A stretch of DNA of 64,000 nt, taken from NCBI RefSeq assembly GCF_006345805.1, contig NC_043010.1, positions 5,394,001 to 5,458,000 of the forward strand, in the 5' to 3' direction. The stretch is from Octopus sinensis. Taxonomy: Eukaryota. The translations under genes and the position numbers were made by a program. The first letter of the stretch is position 1; every line of letters starts with the position of its first letter. The notes beneath the pieces were generated by a model. The model was not told the DNA's origin, made no database searches, and was given only the letters and a program-made list of their open reading frames with translations. Of the stretch, positions 22,512-34,611 are shown piece after piece.

Positions 22512-22556
22512 CTGCATGGACAACTGCCTATTTTCCTTGAATTATCTCGCCTTGGC
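22512..22556 (-). other. Candidate 45-nt minus-strand exon
   Basis: Donor CAG|GTAAGT, acceptor GTGTGCGTGCAG. One open frame (PRRDNSRKIGSCPC). May be repeat-derived. Confidence 0.25.
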
Positions 22557-22699
22557 CTGCACGCACACATACACACTCACACACACACTCACACACATAC
22601 ACACACACGTACAGGTACATGGTGACCTTGACCAGTGGAACTCTAAACAGACCAACTGAGACTGACTATAGATAGTTCTATTATGTAAAACTTTTACAT

Positions 22700-22875
22700 G
22701 ATGGCACTTAAAAAGTACCCAGCATACTTTGTAAAGTGGTTGGTATTAGGAAGGACATCCAGCTGTAGAAATCAGGCCAAAAAAGACAATTGGAGCTTGA
22801 ACAGCTCTCTGGCTGGACGGCTCCTGTCAAACCATTTAACTCATGCCAGCATGGAAAATGGATGTTAAACGATAG
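22700..22875 (+). mobile_element. RTE-type LINE 3' end, degenerate
   Basis: ATTAGGAAGGACATCCAGCTGTAG ... CATGCCAGCATGGAAAATGGATGTTAAAC. Confidence 0.75.
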
Positions 22876-22963
22876 TGACTACAATGAGTTATTCTGCTAA
22901 AGCTCAGAAACTTCTTAATTGTTATCAACATTGGCAATGTACTTACGATTATGAAAGACTTAA

Positions 22964-23229
22964 TCCTTTAGCATTCACATTATTCTATCAAAGGTAATGG
23001 TTATTTTTTCTCATTGTTTTAAATTAATCATGCATTGTAGTTTTAAGATTTTGATGAAGCAACTTTTAATTTTCAGAGAGTTGTAGGGTTGGTACGAGAG
23101 GCCACATCTGGCCAGTTTGAATGTAAGACTGGTCAAATATTTGGGCTAGATAAAGCCACATCTGGCCAGTTTCAATGTAAGACAGGTCAAATATTTGAGC
23201 CAGATATGGCTGGTTTAAATGCTAATGGG
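22964..23229. mobile_element. piggyBac-like MITE
   Basis: TTAA|TCCTTTAGCATT ... AATGCTAATGGG|TTAA, with an internal duplication of GCCACATCTGGCCAGTTT. Confidence 0.78.
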
Positions 23230-23496
23230 TTAACCAGCCATCCAATATGATCCCAGTAAGAGTTGTGTGGTTAAGAACTTTGATCTACAGCCCTATTATT
23301 TAGAGCTTTATCCCACTGAGCACTACCATGGACAAATGTCTTCTGGAATCAACTCCAAATGACCAAATCTTTGTGAGTGAATTTTCAAAGAAACGGTTTG
23401 GGATCAGTTCTGATTTTGGGGCACTTTTTCTGGGGTGTTTATGTATATGTGTTCATGTGTGTGCGTTGGCATGAATACGTGCATGTGTGTGTAGTG

Positions 23497-23590
23497 ATGC
23501 CATCTTGGAAATCTCCAGCACGCATGCGCAGAGTTGGAGTCTTCCGGGAGACCTGCCGGAAGTTCCCTCATGCACATGCGCAGAAACTAG
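23497..23590. promoter_or_regulatory. Candidate bidirectional promoter core (YY1, 2x NRF1, 2x ETS motifs)
   Basis: GCCATCTTG 23499-23507; ACGCATGCGCA 23520-23530; CTTCCGG 23541-23547; CCGGAAGT 23556-23563; TGCACATGCGCA 23571-23582. CpG content is locally raised through ~23780. Confidence 0.55.
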
Positions 23591-24311
23591 CAACAGCGAA
23601 ATTCACTCATATCGTTCTCTCGAATGCCGGCAGCTGAACAGGACAGTTGCGTTTTATCAGCTCTCTCAAGCTGCTACCTCTTGGCGTATCTCTGCTATGC
23701 TTGAACGGACAGGATTTGGCTCACTCCACTTGACCACTGCGATAAGCTCCTAGGCTGCCGATTCGCCCAGAAAGAGGAATGTATAAATTGCAAATCAAGA
23801 AATAAATATTTATACTTTTGAAGTTAATCGGAAGTCTTGACTCTTTCTTTCGATTAATATTTAATGTAAAGGATGCAAGAAGCACCCATCCAGTGTGGGA
23901 ACCTCTCATCCTCTTACATGTGTTTGCACGTGAATGTATGTATTAGGGTGATAGTACAGGTTTAATGTAGGTGATATTTCAAGTAAGAAACAAACAATTA
24001 TGCAATTTTATATGAATTTAAACACTGATTCAGTTGCAGCAGCTGCAGTAATAGTTGTACCAGTGGAAGCAATACTAGATGTACCAGCAACTGTAATAGT
24101 AGTAAGTAGTAGCTGTTGTTCACATAGTGATAGTTCAATCCTGATTGACCAGACCTAGAATCAAGGTATTTCACTCATGTTGATGCCATCTTTTACTACA
24201 CTGAAGACCACATAGTTCAATAAGTCCTTCCTTTTATAAAATGAGAGGATAAAATTCAAGAGAATTTAGTTGCTATTGCTAGCTGGTGGCTTGATCACCT
24301 AGAGGCACTCT

Positions 24312-24415
24312 ATAGTAGTAGTGGTGGTGATGGTGGTAGTAGAAGTAGTAGCAGCAGCAGCAGCAGTAGCAGTAGCAGCAACAACAGCAGCAGTAGTAGT
24401 AGTAGCAGTAGTAGT

Positions 24416-24468
<53 letters not shown>

Positions 24469-24478
24469 TAGTAGTAGA
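24312..24478. repeat. Compound (TAG)n/(CAG)n trinucleotide repeat
   Basis: Directly visible. Confidence 0.95.
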
Positions 24479-26897
24479 GAAAAAAAAGATGTTTTGGATG
24501 GTGTTAAACAAATATAGTGGCAGTAACATTCAGAAATATAATGATATATTATTGGCCACCATGAATCAAAAAGAATAAAATAAAAGTAAATAATAATGAC
24601 AATAACAACACAACAACAACAACAACAGTAACAACAGCAACAACAATAATAATAATAATAAAGTGAAAATATAAAAAAACAACAATAGAAAACAATAACA
24701 TTCTGACTTCTGAACAGTAATATTTAAAGCTCTGAAACCAAATTAAGCAAGCCCAAACTAATAATAGAATATTATCTCTCCCCCAAGCAAAATCCAATAT
24801 GTGACTTCTGTGGAAAAAAAAAAAATATATATATATAATAAAAAATGTAAAAATGGGAAAATATATGAAATAAAATTTTTTTTCTGTTTTTAAATGAAAG
24901 TATTATAGAAATTATTTTATATATATATAGTTATTATTTATGTATCTTTGATTTGCTTAAAAGACTCTGATAAACTGATTTAGAAATCAAATAAGTATAA
25001 TGTAATATTGGATTACTTTAAACGAGAACTAGATCCAAGCCTTTTCTTTTGTTTTTTGTTTCTTGTTTGCTATTTTTTTGTTTTGCTTTTTTGGAAATGG
25101 AAAATATCTTCTATAGTTGAATGCTTTTCATTTGAATTTCTATGAATAATCCTTGAATGAAAACACTATAATTTCTCACTTCTACACTTCTAACAACTGA
25201 AAACATTGGAGTCTCTCAGCATTATCAGGTGCTATGATTGTGCTGACAGTGGCGGAGAGATTAGAAACGGGGTATGAGATGACGAGAAAGAGAGACAGAG
25301 ACAGAGACATAAAGGAAATTTCTGGTTATGTGCATTGATTGAATATTTTTGTGGGTAACACAAGTATAGAGAGGGGTAGAGTAAATAGCCGAGAAAAGGT
25401 AGGAATGAAATGACAAAAGAAAAAAAAATTTCAGAATAAAATTGAAGAATATAGAAAAATTTATTATAAAAATGTGAAAATAAAATATGAGTGCTAGAAA
25501 GAATTTAATAAAGAATTTAGATATATTGATTAAATATCCATTTGTGAGAGATTCTATACTGTAAAGTAAGTATGGAAAAATGTTTTTGTTGTGATGAACA
25601 AATGTATTTTTATATCAAGTTAATACCTAATGAAAGCAGTACCTCCAGCTCTAATTCTAAGAAAGTATTGACCCAAATGTAATGAATAACAAATCTTGAA
25701 AATTGCACAAGACTTATGATTTAACTAAATCAATGACTAATCAATCATCAAGAAATTACACAGTAAAGTTTGTGAGTTTGGATAAGTTTGTGACGTGAGG
25801 AGAAGAGGAATGTAACATATTTGCATTTAATTCTTCTTCTAAGAGAGAAATTTTAAAAAAATATTTTTGTCTCTCTCTCTCTAAACAAAACATCAAATTT
25901 CTTCCAAAATATCAGATTCCACATCTACTCATGGCATAAGTTTTTTTGTCTAAAACCACAAAATAATTTGGATAAAGTTTACCAAAGAAGAGCACCAACA
26001 GTTTCATGTGAATCTCTTTTACTCTTTTATTCTGTTATTAGTTCCAATCATTGAACTGTGGCCATTCTGGGGCACAATTTTGAAGGGTTTAACCAATTAA
26101 ATCAACCAAGTATTTATCTTATTTCATTCTTGATATTTATTCTATCTTCCTTCATATTTCCAAATCACTAATTACAGGGAAATGAACAAACAAATACTAT
26201 TTGTCATGTGGTGTTTGTTTGAAAGAGAGAGTTGTAGACACACAGACATGCACACACCCACACACACACACAAACACAGATATAATATACATGCTAGGTT
26301 GGTATGAGAAAGAGTATCCAGTCATAGAAACCATGCCAGAGCTGATACTCAAGACTGATGCAACCTATGCAAGCATGGAAAATGGACATTAAAAAAGGAT
26401 GATGATGATGGTGGTTGTGGTGGTAGTGGTTGTGGTGCTGGTGATGGTGATGATAATATTAAGGAGGAGGAGGAAAAGGTGGTTATGATGATAATGATAA
26501 TAATAATGGACTTCTGCATAGTTCCCTCCACTAATTTCACATGCAAGGCTTTAGTCACTTCAGGGCTAAAGTAGAAGTCACTTGTCCAAGGTCAGTGCAG
26601 TCCAGTAGGATCAAACTACAAACCCCATAATTTCAAAGTAAACTTCGTAACACACGCTTATGCAGACCTCTGTGTGTTAGTGTTCTTGTTACCACTTTGA
26701 TTGATCAGCCTTAGATTAAAGATTAACAATGGTTAAAGAAGATTAAAAAGTTAATTTGGTGTTTGAATTTTCACAGAATATAATGACTAAAGTGGTATGA
26801 ATAATTGACATAGAAAGGAACTAAAACGGGATTCTGTTTTTTACAGGGTCAAACACTGGGAAGAATTTTAATGCTAATTCTTTGGCCAGATAAGAAT

Positions 26898-27358
26898 TTC
26901 AAATTTTGGCACAATGTCAGCAATTGGGGGTGGGGGTGGGGAAACAGGGGAAATCGATTACTACACCCCCAGTGATGAACTGGTGCTTATTTTATCAAGC
27001 CTGAAAGGACAAAAGGCAAAGTCAACCTCAGTGTCATTTGAACTCAGAAAGTAGAGAGCCAGAAGAAATGCTGCTAAGCAATTTGTCCAACATGCTAACA
27101 GTTCTGCCAGCTGACCACTCTACTTCTAACACATAATAATATTGGTTTCAAATTTTGGCACAAGGCCACCAATTTCAGGGGAGGACCTAGGTCAGTTAAA
27201 TTGATCCCAGTGCTCAAAAGGTATTTATTTTATCGAAATGGATAGAAGAAAGGCAAAGTTAACCTCAGTGGAATTTGGACTCAGAATGTAAAGATGGATG
27301 ACACACTGCTAAGCATTTCGCCCAGGATGCTAACAATTCTTCCAGATCATCACCATCA
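26898..27358 (-). mobile_element. Two adjacent family A SINEs (A2 tail): ~26898-27120 and ~27140-27358
   Basis: Each has TTCAAATTTTGGCACAA tail rc, AAAGGCAAAGT(C/T)AACCTCAG core rc and a head rc. Confidence 0.82.
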
Positions 27359-27665
27359 ACCAAATAATAATAATAATAATAATGTTACCCACAATAAGTA
27401 GGTACATGCTTTTCCAGAGTAATTGTAAGGTCAAAGTGAGCCTTTCAAATATACGACTGGGATCAGGAATGAAAATTTCTTACCAGAATATTGTCCAATT
27501 GGTGGCAGGGATGGGGTTTAAAGAAATCATGAATGTTCAAAGGTCTTGAAATTAAATTAAACAGAGTAAAATGTGTTAAAGTAAAAATACTAATACTAAT
27601 GATAATTAATTATTAAAGCAATGAGTACAGTAGAGAAGAGCAAGAACACAAACATTTGTGTTCTT

Positions 27666-28078
27666 GGCACAGGAGTGGCTGTGTGGTAAGTAGCTTGTTT
27701 ACCAACCACATGGGTCCGGGTTCAGTCCCACTGCGTGGCACCTTGAGCAAGTGTCTTCTACTATAGCCCCGGGCTGACCAATGCCTTGTGAGTGGATTTG
27801 GTAGACTGAAACTGAAAGAAGCCCGTCGTATATATGTATGTATATATATATATGCGTGTGTGTGTTTGTGTGAGTGTGTTTGTCCCCCTAGCATTGCTTG
27901 ACGACCGATGCTGATGTGTTTATGTCCCCGTTACTTAGCGGTTCGGCAAAAGAGACCGATAGAGTAAGTACTGGGCTTACAAAAAGAATAAGTCCCGGGG
28001 TCGAGTTGCTCGATTAAAGGCGGTGCTCCAGCATGACCGCAGTCAAATGACTGAAACAAGTAAAAGAGTAAAGAGAGA
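27666..28078 (+). mobile_element. Family B SINE, full-length
   Basis: Head GGCACAGGAGTGGCTGTGTGGTAAG..GGGTTCAGTCCC, CORE-like CCTTGAGCAAGTGTC, internal TA/TG repeat, tail GAAACAAGTAAAAGAGTAAAGAG. Confidence 0.93.
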
Positions 28079-28814
28079 ATTTAAACTATACTAGTGTTCA
28101 CAATTCTACACACAAAATCTCCAAAATAGCCCTGCTAGACATAATGCATATCCTGTGCAAAATTCTTTCAATTCAATAATACATCCTTACATGATACCGG
28201 TTATTAATGAGTGTAATTTTTTTTATGTTTCCTTGACCTTTTCAATTGTGTTTAAATGTTGAGAAATTTATTCCAATTAAAATTTAACGATTCTTTATCC
28301 AAAGAACTGTTTAACTCAGTGTGATATCTAGCATTGATAAAATTATTCCTTGGATTTTATGGCAGGAAATATTTAATAAAAAGCAAAAATGTAAAGGGTA
28401 AATAAAGGAACCAATCAATTGGAAATAAAGTGAATTAATTCTAGACCTTTCAAAGAATCCTCCAACATAAACTTTAAATTTCAGACAAAATTTACAAATA
28501 AAATTATCATCATTATTGAATCACTTAGTTTTAGGCCCAATGGTTCAACCTAATTAGCATATTACTTCACTTCAATTATTTTTCTTAATAGTTAATTACT
28601 GTCTATGTTTAATTTCTTATCTTACACCATATCACTTTTGGTTCCCAACCTTTGATCATGATGCAGTTCCTTTCTACTCCATTTCTCTCTCTCTCTCTCT
28701 CTCTCCTCCTCACTTTCTTCTCTCTCTCTCTCTCTCTCTCCCATCTTCTCCCTCTCCCTGTGTCTCACTCTTTCTCTCTGGGTGACCTCAATAGTATAGG
28801 GGCCACAGAAAAAG

Positions 28815-28985
28815 AACACAGTCCATGCTGTGAAGTGGTTGCTGTTAGGAAGGGCATCCAGCTGAAAAAAACCATGCCAAAGCAGACATTGGAGTTCAAT
28901 GCAGTCCACGAACACACCAGTTCCTGTCAAACTGTGCAACCCCTGCCAGCACAGAACATGGACATTGAATAATAATGATGACAAT
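28815..28985 (+). mobile_element. RTE-type LINE 3' end, degenerate
   Basis: GTTAGGAAGGGCATCCAGCTG ... CCCTGCCAGCACAGAACATGGACATT with an AAT/GAT tail. Confidence 0.72.
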
Positions 28986-29409
28986 GATCGTGGTGGTGGT
29001 GGTGGTGGTGGTGGTAGTGAGACACCATTTCTGTTGGTCAGAATTGATTCTGGATGTACAAGCCTGGACAAACTTATCATTTTTCTGTTTAAGATTATTA
29101 GTTTTCCATGCCTGCAAGTTTTCTCACTCCATTCCCGTACTGAAGTACCTGAAACTTTCAAACCATTCCTTAAAAATTTTCTTTATCAGTGAACAGCAGG
29201 GTATGGTCTGTGACAAAACAGTTCTCAGCCAGAAGATGCTTTCTCAGCCAATTACAAAACCCATAAATAAACAATCCTCTTCTGTTTCCTTATATTTTAG
29301 CTATGGATTAATTTATCTATTAATGTATTTATCTTTTATATTTTAATTGTTTCAGTCATCGGACTGTGGACTGCAGTCATACTGGAGAATCACCTTGAAG
29401 GGTTTAGAC

Positions 29410-29726
29410 AGGTTCTCCAACGTTTTGGGCCACCACCCCACTCATGGCCACATGATACCCCAGTGCCCCACCCCTATTTTTATGTATGAATAGATATTTT
29501 CTATTTTACAAATTTATATATATAAAATAAATCATTTGATATTTAATATAATATTATATAATTTGTATACAATACTATAATAATATGATAAATTCATACC
29601 GTCCCCCAATCCACTGCCTTCCTCCCAACACCTTCCTTTTCTCTACTGCCCCCTTAGGCACTGGTACTCACCTGGACCGTCTCAACACTCACCAGGGGTC
29701 AGTAGCATCCACTTTGAGAACCTATA
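29410..29726. mobile_element. hAT-like MITE, degenerate
   Basis: Termini AGGTTCTCCAAC / rc TAGGTTCTCAAAG. Flanking 8-mers GTTTAGAC and GTATAGAC. Confidence 0.55.
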
Positions 29727-30418
29727 GTATAGACAAACAAATTAACCTTTATACTAATTTTTTTAGTCAGGTACTTTTCTATTGGTTTCCTTTGCTAAGT
29801 TATGGGAAGGTAAATGAATCAACATTTGTCAAACAATGCAGCAATATGGATACACACGCACACACACACACACACACACAGTGTTCATATTTCTGTATAG
29901 TTAACTTAAGATTTTTAATACCAGCTTGCTTCAAACTGCTTCTGGTTCTATGATACAAGTTTCATGATTTAAAACAGTGAAAATTTAAATCTTTCATCAA
30001 AATTTCATTTTTATTTATATTGTAGCTTTTAATTTACATTCCAATTTAACAATGACAATGTAATTTTACCAAATTCTTCATTACATTGGAAATTAATTGA
30101 AACAATGACAGCATTTTTCAGTACAAATATGGTAACATGATTGATTTAACACTACCGCTTGGCTCACGGATTCCTTGTTTGGAATCTACTCTGTTTTAAG
30201 TATTTGGGCCTGGTCTTCCTCCCACTGGTTTGTAAAGGATCATGAGTGCTACTTTTCTATTTCTGATTAAATCATTAAACCTTTTGTTACCATATTTCCG
30301 TTGAAATACACTGCCATTTTTTCAATTGATTTCTCAACCTTTTTGAGATGCACAATGTTTTGGTATGTGTAGCCAAAGACCAAAAACTTTTTCTGTTGAG
30401 ATTGAAATTGATGGGCAC

Positions 30419-30920
30419 GTCATCATCATCATCATCATCATCGTTTAACGTCCGGGTTGGACAGTTCAACCAGGGTCTGGGAAGCCAGGGGCTGCTCCAG
30501 GCTCCAGTCTGATCTGGCAGTGTTTCTACAGCTGGATGCCCTTCCTAACGCCAACCACTCCGCGAGTGTAGTGGGTGCTTTTTACGTGCCACCTGCACAG
30601 GTGCCAGAGGGGTCTGGCATCGGCCACGATCGGTTGGTGCTTTTTATGTGCCACTGGCACAGAAGCCAGTCGAGGCGGTGCTGGCATCGGCCACGTTCGG
30701 ATGGTGCTTTTTATGTGCCACCGGCACAGAAGCCAGTTGAGGCGGGGCTGGCATCGGCCACGTTCGGATGGTGCTTTTTATGTGCCACCAGCACAGAAGC
30801 CATTCGGGCAGGGTTGGCATCGGTCACGTTCAGATGGTGCTTTTTATGTGCCACCGGCACAGAAGCCAGTCGAGGCGGCACTGGCAACGGCCACGTTCGG
30901 ATGGTGCTTTTTATGTGCCG
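30419..30920 (-). mobile_element. RTE-type LINE 3' end with ~66-bp tandem array
   Basis: (CAT)n tail and conserved UTR, then 5-6 copies of TGGTGCTTTTTATGTGCCACCGGCACAGAAGCC..GGCCACGTTCGGA. Confidence 0.88.
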
Positions 30921-32620
30921 TAGAAAACAAAGAAAAAAGGGCTGAAACTACTTTATTATACATTATGAACGCTTATAAACATACGAAGGCTTATACATCT
31001 ATCACAATAAGAAAACCTAAAATAACACAATACATTGAAATAAATAAAATAACAAGCATAAATGTTTCTGTGACAACCGGAAATATATTGACTGAAAGGT
31101 GATATCTGATTGGCTATAAAACTTCAAAACCAACCATTCATAACATTTGTTTCCCTGGGCTGGTAGATCAGCTTCAAAGTCCTTTCAGCTTGTATCATTT
31201 TTGACCAATCAATTGGCCCAGGTGTCCCAAGAGGGTTAAGGTAATAAATAATTTAATAGAATAACTTTGTCATAATTAAGTTGTTTGGAACAAATATTTA
31301 ACATGAAATTTTGAGAGGTTCTCATTAAGACTACTTTAAAACAGGAAGTTTTTAGCGTAGAACTATGTGATGTCTCAGGTAGGCTCATATCAAAAGGGTT
31401 CAAAACAGCACCTAATGACAGAATTATTAATGAAATAATTGTTTCTAATATAGGTGGCACAAGACCTAAAATTTGGGGTTTGAGAATTAGTAAATTTTAT
31501 TAACCTAATTAGTTGGCTGGTACTTAGTTTTATCAAACCCAGAAGAATGAAATGTAAAGCTGATCTCAACACGATTTGAACCCAAAATGTAATGGGCTAA
31601 AACACATACTGCAAGAAATTTTCTTTGCTAATATCTCTTACAATTCTACCAATTCACTACCCCTTGTCTTTAATTAAATAAACAACAAGAAAAATATATT
31701 AATTCTTTAACTTTAATTTTGACTGGAGAAATAGAAATGTAGATATAAATGTTATTTAAAAGAAAAAAATTCTTGAGACAGATGAATATTTTCGTCTGCA
31801 AAGGCATGGCTTTGTTATTTGAAGCATGATGTGTCATTTTTAGAAATTATTCTGATTTAAGTGTGTACATGGTTATATTCAAAAGCAGAACCGTCTCTAC
31901 TGACATTTGCTTTGAAGTACTTAAATATTTATAGAGGACAGGCTTTCACTGGCTTTTATCAATAACGATGAGGGTTATGGCTAAGAGTTCTGTTTGTAAT
32001 TCACACATCTTCCAATGTTATTTAATATCATACTTGACCCAATTTTGGTTTACGAGTGTGACTTAACCTTATACGTTCTGCCAGCTTGTCTTTGTTAACT
32101 GAGTGGAGATGATCACTTATATCTAAATAGAATTCATTATATCAACAAAGGCTAACCTATCTGAATAGTGTTTGCTGAAACAAAAACAGCAACAATAACA
32201 ATAACAACCACAACAACAAAGAGAACAACACTGTCAATAACATGAATTGATTTTTGCCAGTTATGTGTGTCCACTTCAATAGCAACTCAAGTGTAAATTA
32301 TTATAACAGCCATATAAGCTGACTGGCATTAATTAACTTAACTATAATAGCAGCATCAGCAACAACAATAGACACAAAATCTCTAAACAGCAGAGTCATC
32401 TGCCAGAAACAGCAACCAAATCTGCCTCAAATGGAAGGACATGTTGAATTATTCAATTTACTTTCTTTTATTTCTATTCAATGCTGTACAATACATTTGT
32501 ACATCCTTCGGCAGTTTTGGTTGCTCATCTGTTTTATTAGAGGGGCTACATAGTCCAGAGAAAGGGGTATTATGACTAGTTTCCACTGACCCTTTTCATA
32601 ACAAGACTTAAACAATTGCA

Positions 32621-32652
<32 letters not shown>

Positions 32653-32819
32653 AGAGAGAGAGAAAGAAAAGTGAGAGAGAGGGAATGGGGGAAAAGAGAA
32701 GGGGAGAGAGAAAGAATCTACCTCCAACCATCCACAAGTATTTCACTAGTACTTTATTTATTGACCATGTAAGTATAACAAAAGCAAAGTTGACTCTGCT
32801 GGGATCTGATCTCAGAATC

Positions 32820-33218
32820 TTTTCTACTCTAGGCACAAGGTGTCCAAAATTTTCAGGGAGTCAGCCAGTCGATTAGATCAACCCCAGTACATAACTTGTA
32901 CTCAATTTATCGACCCCAAAAGGATGAAAGACAAAGTCGACCTCGGCGGAATTTGAACTCAGAACATAAAGACAGACGAAATACCTATTTCTTTACTACC
33001 CACAAGGGGCTAAACACAGAGAGGACAAACAAGGACAGACAAACGGATTAAGTCGATTATATCGACCCCAGTGCGTAACTGGTACTTAATTTATCAACTC
33101 TGAAAGGATGAAAGGCAAAGTTGACCTTGGCGGAATTTGAACTCAGAACGTAACGGCAGACGAAATACTGCTAAGCATTTTGCCCGGTGTGCTAACATTT
33201 CTGCCAGCTCACTGCCTT
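32820..33218 (-). mobile_element. Dimeric family A SINE
   Basis: Same architecture as 21601-21996 in rc. Imperfect TSD GATCT(C/G)AGAAT on both sides. Confidence 0.88.
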
Positions 33219-33411
33219 GATCTGAGAATGCAATACAAAGGACCAGAATAATTACTGTCAGGTACTTGTCTGATGTTCTATTGATTCTGATTCTATCAAC
33301 CAAGCTCAACCGTTACTTCATATTAGCAATCCTGGAATAATAAAAAAAGGAAAAATCAAAGCTTACATTGATGAGTTTCAAAATTAGAATCATAAGTGGT
33401 ATAAAAGAAAA

Positions 33412-33725
33412 ACGATGGTTATGGTGATGGTGATGGTGATGGTACTGGTGGTGGTGGTGATGGCAGCAGCAGTAGTGTTGATAGTGGTGGTGGCAGCAGC
33501 GATGGTGGTGGAGGTGGTGGCAGTGATGGTGGTAGTGGTGGTGGTGACAGTGGCAGTGGCAGTGGGGAGTGGTGTTGGTGATAGTGAAGGTAGTAATGGT
33601 TATGATGAGGACGATGACAACAACAATGATAATAAGGATAATGATGATGCGAACAACAGCACTTGTTTTATTATTGATGATGATAATGATGATGGTGGTG
33701 GTGGTGGTGGTGGTGGTGATAATGA
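33412..33725. repeat. Compound GGT/GAT/CAG low-complexity tract
   Basis: Directly visible. Confidence 0.9.
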
Positions 33726-33831
33726 GAATAATCAGAAGGAGAATTTTATCATACCTTTCAATGAATAAAAATGGTAAAATTATTTCGTGCACAAAATAAC
33801 AGAACTCAATGACTACAATATGGGAAAGACT

Positions 33832-34236
33832 TACTCTTTTACTTGTTTCAATCATTTGACTGTGGCCATGTTGGAGCACTGTCTTTAGTCGAGCAAACTG
33901 ACCCCAGGAATTATTCTTTGTAAGCCTAGTACTTATTCTATCGGTCTCTTTTGCTGAACTGCTAATGTTACAGGGACGTAAACACACCAGCATCGGTTGT
34001 CAAGCGATGTTGGGGGGGACAAACACAGACACACAAACACACTCACACACATATATATATATACATATATACGACGGGCTTCTTTCAGTTTCCGTCTACC
34101 AAATCCACTCACAAGGCTTTGGTCGGCCCGAGGCTATAGTAGAAGACACTTGCCCAACGTGCCGCGCAGTGGGACTGAACCCAGAACCATGTGGTTGGTA
34201 AAGAAACTACTTACCACACATTCACTCCTGCGCCTT
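33832..34236 (-). mobile_element. Family B SINE, full-length
   Basis: Near-consensus rc copy. Confidence 0.92.
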
Positions 34237-34611
34237 AAATTATTATATGTCACACAAAGTGTGAAAATGTCTTTTATTGTATGGTTAGCTGGACACAGTC
34301 TGCATTATTTCATTTACCAAATCCTTGTTCCACACAAAAGAGCTGTTAAAAGGAACCACCTCTTCTACTATTGGTTTGACTTGCTATGATTGACAAAACA
34401 CATTGGTTGTTTAGTTTAGGAAGGTTATTGAAATTTGAGAGATATTTTTGTCATTGAAGGAGAGGATATGTTTGTGGTTTGCTTATTAAGGTTATTTGGT
34501 GTGGTTAAGTCATATTTTAGGATGCAAAAATAAACTGAAAGCAAGATGTGAAAGCAAAGAAACAAAAAATCAGAAGTGACAGCCATCACGTAGGAAAGAA
34601 AGGAAAGTAAA

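Noticed and set aside
25200-25275. IIRCYDC (Ly6-like) or LESLSIIRC (LRR-like) peptide
   Set aside because: Very short, bounded by stops, and the follow-on cysteines are missing.
30457-31102. 162-aa and 175-aa ORFs with internal repeats
   Set aside because: They are antisense readings of the RTE 3' UTR tandem array; the same peptides recur at every copy.
31826-31903. Box C/D snoRNA-like layout (ATGATG..CTGA..CTGA, 78 nt)
   Set aside because: Poor terminal stem, no clear C' box, and I cannot match the putative guides to rRNA or snRNA from memory. A snoscan run would settle it.
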